A stretch of DNA of 64,000 nt from contig JBLWGC010000141.1 of assembly GCA_048772705.1 (NCBI GenBank), positions 7,533 to 71,532 of the forward strand. Direction: 5' to 3'. A program made the position numbers and the translations under genes. Source of the DNA: Leidyana gryllorum EB-2025a. Its lineage: Eukaryota; Protista; Apicomplexa. Numbering within the stretch: position 1 is the stretch's first letter; each line of letters starts with the position of its first letter. Of the stretch, positions 25,555 to 37,560 are shown piece by piece. The notes beneath the pieces are model-generated. The model made no database searches. It was not told where the DNA came from and was given only the letters and a program-made list of their open reading frames with translations.

Positions 25555-25626
25555 GCCTTCTTAGCTTAGGGGCAGAGCGTTCGCTTCGTAAGCGAGAAGT
25601 CGCCGGTTCGATTCCGGCAGAAGGCT
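25555..25626 (+). tRNA. tRNA-Thr(CGT)
   Basis: TTCGC-TT CGT AA-GCGAG. Confidence 0.88.
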
Positions 25627-27678
25627 TTCCTCACGCACTTAAGCTATTCTGACTGGTCTCTCAGTCTCGATAAGGATCTGAGAGGTTTGGAGGGGATTTG
25701 CAATGCACTTTAGATTGGTTGTCCGAGCCAGGAATCGCGCCTGGGTTTGCACGGCCACAACGTGCTGTCCTAACCACTAGACGACTCGGACAAATCTTTG
25801 AGCGAGGCTGTAGAGGTAGCGAAGCATCGACCAGGATGGGATGGAACAGCCACTCCTCAACTTCGGGTGGGACGGAATTTACTCGTGGAATATCTGATAC
25901 CACCACTACAGTCAGATACGTTACCATCTAAGCACCCTGGGCCGTAAGAGTACTTCGGGGTGGCACACCGCAGCCAGAACGACATCAGCTGAGACAAAAT
26001 CTGAGTTGCAGCAGTTGTGAGGGGCTGGAACTGCTCCGAGACCGGGAATCGAACCCGGGTCTTCCGCGTGACAGGCGGAAATACTAACCACTATACTATC
26101 TCGGACGCTCCGAACACACCGGCCTGAAACCCCAAAAGTGCTTCATCTTGAGATTCCAGGGATAGAAAACGCGTGGAGCGGCGAGCCAACAACATCCCGG
26201 CAAGATGACCGAGTGGTCTGAGGCGCTGTGCTCAGACCGCAGTCCGAAAGGGCGAGGATCTGGGATTGAGCCTTCCGAAGCCCGGCGCAGTTGGACGGCC
26301 GGGGTAGCTCAGTTGGTCGAGCATCCGACTGTAGTGCTGGCATCAGATAGTCGGCGGTTCGATTCCGTCCCACCGGAAGTAGAGGGTGATCGGCAAACTA
26401 CTACTCAACCTGATGGACAGCGTTGATAGGCCAACTAGACTACTCCGGCGAGGGTTCCATCTATGTAGCTTGGATGGGCTGGGAATCGATCCCAGAACCT
26501 TTCGTATACTAAGCCACCGTCTCATCATCTGGGCTAGCCTCCCTTTGTGCCCACCTCATGGGATTGAGTAAGACTTCACATAGTGAGACGAGTCTCTCGA
26601 CTGTACCCAGCGGGTTGAACCCCCGGCTAGGCGGCTGTTTGGTCTAGTGGTATAATCCTTCCTTAGGGTGGAGAGAGTCCTGAGTTCGATTCCCAGAACA
26701 GCCCTCTTGGTCGTCGGTTGACCCGACGGAACGAGGTCCCCTCTGAATCAACACAGCCACCTCGTTAGCCCACTTCGGTAGGGCAGTCAGCGCAACTAAC
26801 CTCTCAAAAATCGCATTTCGGCTCCCTCTTCCATGTTGCAAACTAAGCAGTGTAGCTCAGTGAAGAGTGTTGGGCTCATAACCCAAAGGTCCGTCGATCG
26901 AAACGACGCACTGCTAAGTGTGCGCAGAAGGGAACAGTTGTAAGCCTTCTGCCCGAATCGAACCGACGACCTTTCGCTTACTAAGCGGATGCTCTGCCAC
27001 AAGCTAAGAAGGCAATGTTAACGGAAGTTACTGAAGCACATTGTTCCACCGGTCCAATGACTTCCACTGCTCCGCCCAACGGCAAATAGGGTGTAACTAA
27101 GTCTAGAGCTTCGTTTGCCGCCCTAGCTCAGTCCGTAGAGCGCAAGACTTTCAATGGAGAGACCGCGGGTTCGGACAGCGCGAGGAGTCCTAGTAAAGCT
27201 CGCTGAACCGTATGTGAAGCCACTGGCCGCAAAATGCCAAGTTCAACAGCGGCAACTTGCCCGAGTGGTTGAGGGGGTAGACTAGAAATCTACTGGGCCT
27301 GGCCCGCGCTGGTTCAAATCCAGCAGTTGTCGTGTGGTGCGATCATCGTAGTAGGCGGCTGGGCTCAAAACACCAGCAATACATGCTAGAGATTGCAGTG
27401 GCGACGCAGAGGCATCAAGTAAGTGAATAGGTGCCATCTGTCGTCGCAGAAGTGGTCGCGTGGCTCAGTCGGTTGGAGCGTGAGCCTAATAAGCTCAAGG
27501 TCCCCGGTTTGAGCCCGGGCGTGACCAAGTGAGTGGATCTTTGATAAAGAGTTGCCAATACGAAAGGAACTTTTTACCAAGTCCAAGCTTCCTTGCCGCG
27601 CCAGCTCCGTCGGTAGAGCGCAAGACTTTCAATGGAGAGACCGCGGGTTCGGACAGCGCGAGCGGTCCGAGTCAAGCT

Positions 27679-30600
27679 GCTGAACCGTATGTGAAGCCAC
27701 TGCCTGCGGCATGCCGAGTTCTACCGTTGGCAACTTGCCCGAGTGGTTAAGGGGGTAGACTCGAAATCTACTGGGCCTGGCCCGCGCTGGTTCAAATCCA
27801 GCAGTTGTCGTGCGATGTGGTGGAAATGATGCAATTCCCAGCATCAAAAACTCATATGGGTCGAGACAGGGAATGCCTCCTTAGCTTAGGGGCAGAGCAT
27901 TCGCTTTGTAAGCGAAAGGTCGCTGTTCGATTCCGGCAGGAGGCTTCAGTCATTAGCCTAAACATGGTTGCGATCCTCTGCCCGCATTTCGGACGGCGGC
28001 TTGCACACAGCACTCGGCCATCTTGCCGGAGTGTTCTTGGCTCGCCGTTCCACCCATTTCCTCTCGGTGAAATCTCAAAATGCGAGGACTTCTGGGGTTG
28101 GAGGCCGGCGAGTTTACTAGCGCCCGAGATAGTATAGTGGTCAGTATTTCCGCCTGTCACGCGGCATACCCTGGTTCGATTCCCGGTCTCGGGGCACAGA
28201 TGGCTTCGCTGAAGATTCTCTCTTTTAGTTCTCGCTGAACGTCGCGAGCTACAGCCACCGAGGACCGAACTCGGGACCTTTTGGGTGTTGAGCAGACGTC
28301 GTAACCACTAAACCGTTGACTGCATGAATGGGCCCCGCAGCCCAAGAGGAGTGGCGAAGTTTTACGGAGCAGTGAAGACCAGTTCCAAGGTCGCGCCGGA
28401 AATCGAACCCAGGTCGGGAGATTCAGAGTCTCCAGTGCTAACCACTCACCACGCAACCGCTTCAGCCCATCCCTGAAGAGTCGGTAGAACTATCCGGACT
28501 AGCCCTTTCTCAAATGAACACACGCAACACGAGTCTCTCTACTGACCGCTGAAATAATTAATTGGCTCCTGTATATAGCGCCCAGCGTAGAGCGTTCTAT
28601 TTGAGTCGGACAATCATTGAAGCACGCTCTCCGCGAATGCTACCGACAAGGGTGAGATTCGAACTCACGCGGGTGAAACCCAACGGCTTAGCAGGCCGCT
28701 GCCTTAACCACTCGGCCACCTTGCCAAGGGTGTAATTGATCATACCTTTCGTCGGGAATCCCGTGCAAACTGTTAGTGATGTGGGTATAGCCCATTCTAA
28801 ATGTCAGTATTTGGCTCTGGAATGACTGTTTGGCGGGGTGGAGGAAGGCCAATCGTGGTGGTTTTGCGGAGCACATCAGTCGGCTAGTTGGTCCAGTGAG
28901 TGTTTACCTCAACTCTGCCTATTTTCGGTCACTTAAAGGGTGAGCCTGATAAGTTCCAAGTTCGCGGTCAAGCGCCGGCCCAACTGGGCGGGTGTGTTGT
29001 TGATGGAGCATCCCTCTGCACCCTTTTGACAGGAAGAGATGCATCGAGAGAAGTTTCACGAGGGAGTGTAGCGCAGTCGGTAGCGCCTAGGTCTCATAAT
29101 CCTGAAGTCGAGAGTTCAATCCTCCCCACTCCCACGGTCGGCATCGGAAGCGCCGACTAACTCGTACGGGGCGCCACCTGAGAAGAGTGGATTCCAGCTG
29201 TCCGCTAGTGTCTGAGATGTTTGAGTCCAGCTGAGGTGGGATCCAGCATCCGGGTCGGTGCCATCTGTCGTGGCAGAAGTGGTCGCGTAGCTCAGTCGGT
29301 CAGAGCGTGAGCCTAATAAGCTCAAGGTCCCCGGTTCGAGCCCGGGCGTGACCAAGTGAGTGGATCTTCGATAAAGAGTCGCCCTGGACTCCAGCAACCC
29401 CCAACATTCTGCGACCAATACGAAAGGTACGTGTTATAAAGTCCTCACTTCCCTGCCGCGCCAGCTCCGTCGGTAGAGCGCCAGACTTTCAATGGAGAGA
29501 CCGCGGGTTCGGGCAGCGCCAGCAGTCCGAGTCAAGCTTGCTGAACCGTATGTGAAGCCACTGGCCGCTAAATGCCGAGTTCGACAGGTGGCAACTTGCC
29601 CGAGTGTTCAAGGGGTAGACTAGAAATCTACTGGGCCTGGCCAACGAGGTGGCTGTGTTGGTTCTGGGGGCAACTTGTCCCGTCGGATCCACTGACGACC
29701 AATAGGGCTGTTCTGGGAATCGAACCCAGAACTTCTTCCACCCGAAGGAAGAATCATACCACTAGACCAAACAGCCGCTAGCCGGTGGTTCAACCAGCTG
29801 GGCAAAGTCGAGAGACTCGTCTCACTACGTGAAGTATCACTCAATGCCACGAGGTAGGCTAACCCAGATGACGAAACGGTGGCTTACTATACGAAAGGTA
29901 CTGGGATCGATTCCCAGCCCATCCGAGTTACATCGATGGAATGTTCGCCGGAGTAGTCTACTTGGCCTATCAACGCTGTCTGCCGAAACCACATTGCTAC
30001 TTCCGGTGGGACGGAATCGAACCGCCGACTATCTGATGCCAGCACTACAGTCAGATGCTCTACCAACTGAGCTACCCCCGGCCGTCCAACTGCTCCGGGG
30101 TTCGAAAGGCTCAACCCCAGATCCTCACCCTGTCGCACTGCGGTCTGAGCACAGCGCCTTAGACAAATCGACCATCTTGCCGGGATGTTGTTGGCTCGCC
30201 GCTCCACGCGTTTTCTGTGCTTGGAATCTCATAATGGAAGAACTTTTGGGTTGGAGGCCGGCGTGTTCAGTGCATTTGAGATAGTATAGTGGTTAGTATT
30301 TCCGCCTGTCACTCGGAAGACCCGGGTTCGATTCCCGGTCCGAGCAGTTCCAGCCCCTCAAAACTGCTGCAACTCAGATTTTGTCTCAGCTGGTCTGGAC
30401 TTCATTCGGGATTGTACGAGTGGGAGCCGCGTATAGTAGCCGACCTTGGAGAGACGTGGCATTGAACCCAGGACTTCTTCCAGCCGAAGAAAGAATCATG
30501 TAACTAGACCAAACAGCCCCCTGTGGGTGCCTCAGCCGGGAATCGAGCCTGGCTTCGCACGGCCACAACTTGCTGTCCCAACCACTAGACGACTCGGACA

Positions 30601-32195
30601 ATCTGCAAGTAGCTATCAAGGCAGTGGGGCATCAATCAGGATGAAATATAACAGGAGCGTTAGATGCTCTCTAAATGAGCTACTCCAGGCCGTCCAACTT
30701 CTGTGAGGCTCATCGGATACGTGTTTCGAAAGACATACGCCCCGTTCACGGCCCGGAAGCTCCGTACAGCCATGGTCTACTGCTTACGACGTCTGCTTCA
30801 CACGCAGGAAAGAAAATCCCAAGTTCTATCCTGACAAGGATGGGATTTGGATCCACGCCCATTCGGCGCTGCGCCGTCACATATGTCCCTGCGAGTGCTA
30901 CAGCTGTCCGCCAGTGTCTGATTGGCACTAAATCATGTATGTCTATGTCCTCTGCATCTAGCGGGAATCGAACGCGGGTCGTCTCGATGGCAACGAGACA
31001 TTCTACCACTAGACCACAGATGCATCACTCGTTGTTGTTCAAGCTCGTGCACAATAACGGCCGTTTTGCTTCAAATGAGAAAAAAAAACGAGTTGAGCGA
31101 GTATGACGGGTATTTTGTGGGTACGTAGCTCAGTGGTAGAGCAGCTGACTGCAGATCAGCAAGTCCGTGGTTCAACTCCGCGCGTGCCCTGAAGATGGTT
31201 TGGAACGATCGGAGATGTTGGACCACAAGGCAATGAGTCTGGAGCGGGGGATGGTTTTGGGCCTATGGCGCAACGTAGCGCGTCTGACTCCAGATCAGAA
31301 GGTTGGGTTTTCGAATCACTCTGGGCTCAATCAGACTATTTGTTTTTCCCGTGTGAGGCGCTACCTGAAAAGAGTGGGATTTGGACCCACGTCCTCTCGG
31401 AGTGCGACTTAAAAACAGCGCCTTAGACCCCTCAGCCATCTTACCAGCTCGGTTTCTGTCCCGCCACTTCAAGCGTTCCCTGTCTGTTTGAAGCTAGAGA
31501 ATGGAAAGGCTGGGCTCTAACGTTGGGGGTCACGCGCCTCCGACATGGTATCAAAGAGTAGTCCCGCCTGCCACGCGAACGACCTGTGGGTACCAGCTGT
31601 GGGAGCGGAGCCACTTCAAATGTCAGGCTATCGGGCTTTGTGTCCTTGCATTCCTGCCGCCCTAGCTCAGTCGGTAGAGCGCAAGACTCTTAATCATTCA
31701 GTCGCGGGTTCGAGCCCCGCGGGCGGTGTGGATCTATTTCCATGGGAGTAAGAATGGAACTGTTGCCTACAAGCACACTCAGCTGGATTTCCACTGCCGG
31801 GACTTGAACCCGGATCGTGCGGGTGAGAGCCGCATATCCTAGCCACTTAGACTACAGTGGACAACTTCCTCAGCTGCAGCTTTAGCCGAGAGCCGTACCT
31901 CTTGACAAGACGTGGTTGCAGAATCCTGTGGTAGAAAAAGAAGGATCTCTATACTAACCTCTGAACCATTGTAGCTGGGTCTCGTAGCTCAGTCGGCAGA
32001 GCGTGTGGCTGTTAACCACAAAGTCGCAGGTTCGAAACCTTCCAGGACCGGTTTCAGAGGCACACTAAACACTGAGTGCGCTGGTGTGCCAATGGCACTT
32101 GTGGTCTGCGACCCTTCAAAGATGGAATTTTGTTTGGATCCCGCCACGTGCAGCCGTACGAACTTTGGACGACCTGGGCATCGATCCCAGTACCT
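27679..32195. repeat. Right arm of inverted duplication (partner 7715-12231)
   Basis: Reverse-complement identity with scattered SNPs. Confidence 0.92.
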
Positions 32196-32523
32196 CTTGC
32201 AGGCTAAGCGAGCGCTTCACCATTTGAGCTAGTCCCCCGCTGTGAAGACCCCATCGCATTTAGTGGTACTTCACATAGTATGACCACTCTCTCGAGTGTA
32301 CCCAGCGGGTTGCACGACCGACAGGCGGCTGTTTGGTCTAGTGGTATGATCCTTCCTTAGGGTGGGAGGAGTCCTGGGTTTGATTCCCAGAACAGCCCTC
32401 TGGGTTGTCGGTTGACCCGATGGGATAAGCAGTTTTAGAAGTAACACAGCCACCGCGTCGACACTCAAGGCAATTAACATCTCAAGAATTGCATTTCGGC
32501 TACCTCTTCCATGTTGCAGACTA

Positions 32524-32595
32524 AGCAGTGCAGCTCAGCGGAAGAGTGTTGGGCTCACAACCCAAAGGTCAGTCGATCGAAACGACTCACTGCTA
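32524..32595 (+). tRNA. Initiator tRNA-Met body with CAC anticodon (possible pseudogene)
   Basis: A1:U72, 3 G-C anticodon-stem pairs, ATCGAAA, CT CAC AA; C at position 8. Confidence 0.7.
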
Positions 32596-34047
32596 AGTGT
32601 GCGCAAAAGGGAAACAGTCTAGAATAGATCGGCTCGTGACCAAAGCCTTCTGCCGGAATCGAACCGGCGACCTTTCGCTTACTAAGCGAATGCTCTGCCC
32701 CTAAGCTAAGAAGGCAATGCAAGCCGAAGATCACGAATGAGTCACTGTTGACGGGGATTACTGGAGCACTTCGCTCAAGTAGCTTCCACTGCCGGGACTT
32801 GAACCCGGATCATGCGGGTGAGAGCCGCATATCCTAGCCACTTAGACTACAGTGGACAAGTGCCCGAGTTGAGGCTTTGGGCGAGACCCGTACCATCTTG
32901 GGATGAGGTGGAGCGTCGGTGTCAACCTGTCCATCAGTGAAATGAGGGGACCACCTCCCAATACAGGCTGACAAGCGTGGGATTCCAGCCCACGCGATTT
33001 AGAAGTGCGGCCTGAACACAGCGCTTCAGACCACTCGGCCATGTCGAGTAAGTGGTCATACTATGTTGAGAACCAACACATGCGACGGGTCCGCATAACA
33101 AAAAGGAGGGTCTTTTGGGGTTGGAGGCCGGCTTGTTCAGAGCGTCCGAGATAGTATAGTGGTTAGTATTTCCGCCTGTCACGCGGAAGACCCGGCTTCC
33201 ATTCCCGGTCTCGGAGCACAGTTGGTTCCGCTGAAGATTGTCTCCTGTGGTTGCCGCTAAAAGTTGCGAGCTGCCACCGAGGATCGGACTCGGGACCTTC
33301 TGCGTGTGAAGCAGACGTCGTAACCACTAGACCATGGCTGCACGGCTGTTCCCGCAGACCAAAGCAATGGCGAGGTTTTACGAAGTAGTGAGGACTAGTT
33401 CCAAGGTCGCGAAGGCAATCGAACCCAAGTCGGGAGATTCAAAGTCTCCAGTACTAACCACTACACCACGAATCAGCCCTTCTTCAAGAGTTGATTGAGC
33501 CATCCGGACCGGAGCTTCCCCACACATGCAAAACGGGTTTTTCTACTAACCTCCAAATATTCAACTGGCTCTCGTAGCGCAGTCGGCAAAGCGTGTGATT
33601 GTTAAATACCAAGTCGCAGGTCCGCGGTCTACGGCATCCTGGACCATTGCGATGCCAAAGTCGATCCAAGGGCTACAGGGCACCCTTCATAGGTCGTAAC
33701 TCGTGGCTAAATACCGGCAGGTGCCGTCGTACGAAGTTTGGACGACCTGGGCATCGATTCCAGTACCTCCCGCATGCTAAGCGAGCGCTCTACCATTTGA
33801 GCTAGTCGCCCGCTGTGCAGACCGCATCGCATTTCTTGGTTCTCGACATAGTATGACCACTCTCTCGACTGCACCCAACGGATTGCACCACCGACAGGCG
33901 GCTGTTTGGTCTAGTGGTATGATTCTTCCTTCGGGTGGAAGAAGTCCTGGGTTCGATTCCCAGAACAGCCCGCTTTGTTGTATCTTGACCCAACCTGCCT
34001 GGCAGCATGGTTCTGTGTTCGGGTGATTCCTCGGAGAAAGTTGGAGG

Positions 34048-34120
34048 GGGAGTGTAGCGCAGTCGGTAGCGCGTAGGTCTCATAATCCTGAATTCGAGAG
34101 TTCGATCCTCTCCACTCCCA
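34048..34120 (+). tRNA. Elongator tRNA-Met(CAT)
   Basis: GGGAGTG/CACTCCC, CT CAT AA, standard TTCGA T-loop. Confidence 0.88.
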
Positions 34121-34448
34121 CGGTCGGAATTGAAACCGCCGACAAACTCATCATGCTATCGTTTTGCATCTGTCGGGAATCGCACACAGGTTATCTCGAT
34201 GGCAGCGAGCGACTCTTCCACTAGACCACAGATGCAGAACACGATCTTGTGAATCTTGCGCGTGGTGACAGCCATTCCTCTTAAGCCTATCGATGCATCA
34301 AAGCCTTCTGCCGGAATCGAACCGGCGACTTCTCGCTGACGAAGCGAACGCTCCGCCCCTAAGCTGAGAAGGCAATGTAAGCCGGGTATGACGAAAAAGC
34401 GCTATCGACGGAGATTAGTGGAGCACTTTGCTCAAGTATTTAAATGAC

Positions 34449-34521
34449 TTCCACTGCCGGGACTTGAACCTGGATCGTGCGGGTGAAAGCCGCATATCCT
34501 AGCCACTTAGACTACAGTGGA
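34449..34521 (-). tRNA. tRNA-Glu(TTC)
   Basis: TGCGG-CT TTC AC-CCGCA. Confidence 0.85.
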
Positions 34522-35083
34522 CAACTTCTTCAGCTGCAGCTTTGGACGAAAGCCGTACCATCTCGAGATGAGATCTTTTTGCACTTCCCCAGATTTGAAA
34601 CCGCCTCGTATCGAGCGCGCGTCGTCTCAATGACACGGAAACATTGGAGCCCTTGACCGCATTTATTTCCAGTCCCAATGGCTTCACTCACTCTTTTGAA
34701 TCTTGGTCGTGAATGGTTCCGTGTTGTAGTGGTTAGCACTGGAGACTTTGAATCTCCCGACCTCGGTTCGATTCCCGGCGCGACCTCGCAACTAGTCATC
34801 ACTACGTCTTGAAACTTCGCAACTTCTCTTGGTCTGCGGAAAGCTTTCATGCAGCCATGGTCTAGTGGTTACGACGTCTGCTTAACACGCAGAAGGTCCC
34901 GAGTTCGATCCTCGGTGGCTGTAGCTGGAACATGTGAAGTGAGCTCCACCCAAAGCGAGGAAACGTGCTGTCTTCGAGACAGGGCATCGAACCCGCGTCT
35001 TCCGCGTCTTCAACCCTAGAAGTCTTCCTTCTCGAGAACTTCACGGACAAAAACCGCGTGGAGCGACGAACCAACAAGACTGC

Positions 35084-35163
35084 GGCAAGATGGCCGAGTG
35101 GTCTAAGGCGCTGTGTTCAGGCCGCAGTCCGAAAGGGCGTGGGTTCGAATCCCACTCTTGTCA
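35084..35163 (+). tRNA. tRNA-Leu(CAG)
   Basis: Intact cloverleaf. Confidence 0.9.
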
Positions 35164-35227
35164 GCCGTTGAATAGGCAGTCGGTCCCCTAAGTTCACTGA
35201 TAGACCGTCGTTCAAGCTACATACGGC

Positions 35228-35298
35228 TGCACCTGCCGGGACTCGAACCCGGGTTACGACCTTGGAAGGGTCGCATCTTACCCTTAGACCACAAGTGC
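35228..35298 (-). tRNA. tRNA-Gly(TCC)
   Basis: Intact cloverleaf. Confidence 0.9.
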
Positions 35299-35521
35299 AA
35301 TTGCGAAAGAGCCGCAGCACCCCGAGAGATTCGGGCGATTTCTGCGTCGAGCTGTCTGCAACCTACAAAAAACGGACTGTTCGGGAATCGAATCGAACAC
35401 TCCCCCAGGCGAGGGAAGAATATACAACTAGCACTTCAACTCGACATGGGCGGCAGTGGGTCCCCATACAGCTAGCAAGCTTGCCTCGGCCAAAACGGAA
35501 CGGATTCCGAGTGAGAGGCTG

Positions 35522-35594
35522 TGGTGCGGATGGGACTCGAACCCACAACTCCCGGTTCCGAAGACCGATGCCCTATCCATCAGGCCACCGCACC
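35522..35594 (-). tRNA. tRNA-Arg(TCG)
   Basis: GGTGCGG/CCGCACC, TCGGT-CT TCG GA-ACCGG. Confidence 0.88.
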
Positions 35595-37487
35595 ATGGAT
35601 AAGCTTCGGTCATCTCGATACTGGTTGGGTGAAAGGAGTATTTGATCTCAAAACCTCCCCCAAACCGTTGTTAAAAGTGCAGCGAGTAAGACATGTCGCT
35701 GGCAACCTCGGGGCGGCACGGACGCGGCGCATTCTGATACTCGATGTGACGACCTCTTTGCCTCGCCGGCGGATCGAACACGGAACTTCCAAGTCTTGTC
35801 TAGCGCTCTCTAACTGAGCTTCCTGCGCGCGAGAAAGTCATGGAGCGCGGTGAAGATGAGTGACCCACCGCATGTGCGAGCCAGTCTTGCCAAACCGTAT
35901 GTGAAGCCGCTGGCCGCAAAATGCCGAGCTCGACAGATGGCAACTGGCCCGAGTGCTCAAGGTCTGAGTATGCACGCGGTCGGCCTCAATGTGGCGCCTG
36001 ACTTTGCCAGCCTGTAACCCTGCACACCCCATAGCATTTGGTTCTTGACATGTTATGACCAGTCTCCCGACTCTACCAGCAATTTGCACCACCGATCAGT
36101 CGGCTGTTTGGTCTAGTGGTATGATCCTTCCTTAGGGTGGAAGGAGTCCTGGGTTCGATTCCCAGAACAGCCCTCTTGGTCGTCGGTTACCCGACGGGAC
36201 AAGTTGCCTTCAGAACCAACACAGCCACCTCGTTAGTCCACCTCCGTAGGGCAGTCACGGCAACTAACATCTAGAGAATCGCATTTCGGCTAAGTCGACG
36301 ACCTTGGAAAGGGGTTCCAAGAGCACAAATGCCGTCTAGAGAGTACGGTGCCGCATAACCCGGTCCTGGCAGGTTTCGAACCTGCGACTTTGTGGTTAAC
36401 AGCCACACGCTCTGCCGACTGAGCTACAAGACCCAGCTACAATGTTTCAGAGGTTAGTATAGAGATCCTCCCTTATTCTACCGCAGGTTTCTGCAATCAC
36501 GTCTTGTCAAGAGGGTACGGCTCTCGGCTAAAGCTGCAGCTGAGGGAGTTGTCCACTGTAGTCTAAGTGGCTAGGATATGCGGCTCTCACCCGCACGATC
36601 CGGCTTCAAGTCCCGGCAGTGGAAATCCAGCTGAGTGTGCTTGTAGGCAACAGTTCCATTCTTACTCCCACGGAAATAGATCCACACTGCCCGCGGGGCT
36701 CGAACCCGCGACTGCAAGATTAAAAGTCCTGTGCTCTACCGACTGAGCTAGGGCGGCAGGAATGCAAGGACACAAAACCCGATAGCCTGACATGTGAAGT
36801 GGCTTTGGTACCCACCGCATCGTTGGCGTGGCAGGCGGAAATATAAGTTTCATACCATGTCGGAGGCGCGTGACCCCCCCAACCTTAGAGCCCAGCCTTT
36901 CCATTCTCTAGCTTCAACAGACAGGGGACGCTTGGTGTGGCGGGACAGAAACCGAGCTGGCAAGATGGCGGAGGGGACTAAGGCGCTGTATTCAAGTCGC
37001 AGCTCGAAAGGGCCACTCTTGTCAGGTTGCGCCTCATATGGGAAGAACAAAGAGTCTGATTGAGCCCAGAGTGATTCGAACAGATCTGGAGTCAGACGCG
37101 CAACTTTGCGCCATAGCCCAAAACCCTCCCCCGCTCCAGACTCATCGGCTTGTGGTCAGGAATGTTGTCTAACATCTTCGAACGATTCAGCCCATCTTCA
37201 GGGCACGCGCGGAGTTGAACCACGGACTTGCTGATCTGCAGTCAGCTGCTCTACCACTGAGCTACGTACCCAGAACTGCCCCTCATACTCGCTCAACTCG
37301 ATTCTGTCTCCTCATTCATGGTCCAGTGATTGTTTACCTCAACTCTGCGTAATCTCGGTCAGTTAAATGGTGAGCCTAATAAGTCCAAGTTTACGGTTGA
37401 CCCGGCCCGACCAGGCGGGTGTGTTGTGGATACAGCATCACGTGCACCCTTTTGACAGCAGGAGATGCATCGAGAGAAGTTTCACTA

Positions 37488-37560
37488 GGGAGTGTAGCGC
37501 AGTCGGTAGCGCGTAGGTCTCATAATCTTGAAGTCGAGAGTTCGATCCTCTCCACTCCCA
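37488..37560 (+). tRNA. Elongator tRNA-Met(CAT)
   Basis: CT CAT AA, TTCGATC. Confidence 0.85.

Larger units (their letters stand above)
32665..36620. repeat. ~4-kb direct duplication (partner ~42210-46389, which has a 222-bp extra Leu unit)
   Basis: ORF offsets of 9542-9544, then 9766 after 44710. Confidence 0.9.

Noticed and set aside
27596-27670. Possible tRNA-Sec or opal suppressor from the TTCA in GACTTTCAATGGAG units
   Set aside because: The body is a decayed tRNA-Lys with an unpaired anticodon stem and none of the Sec-specific long acceptor or variable arms.
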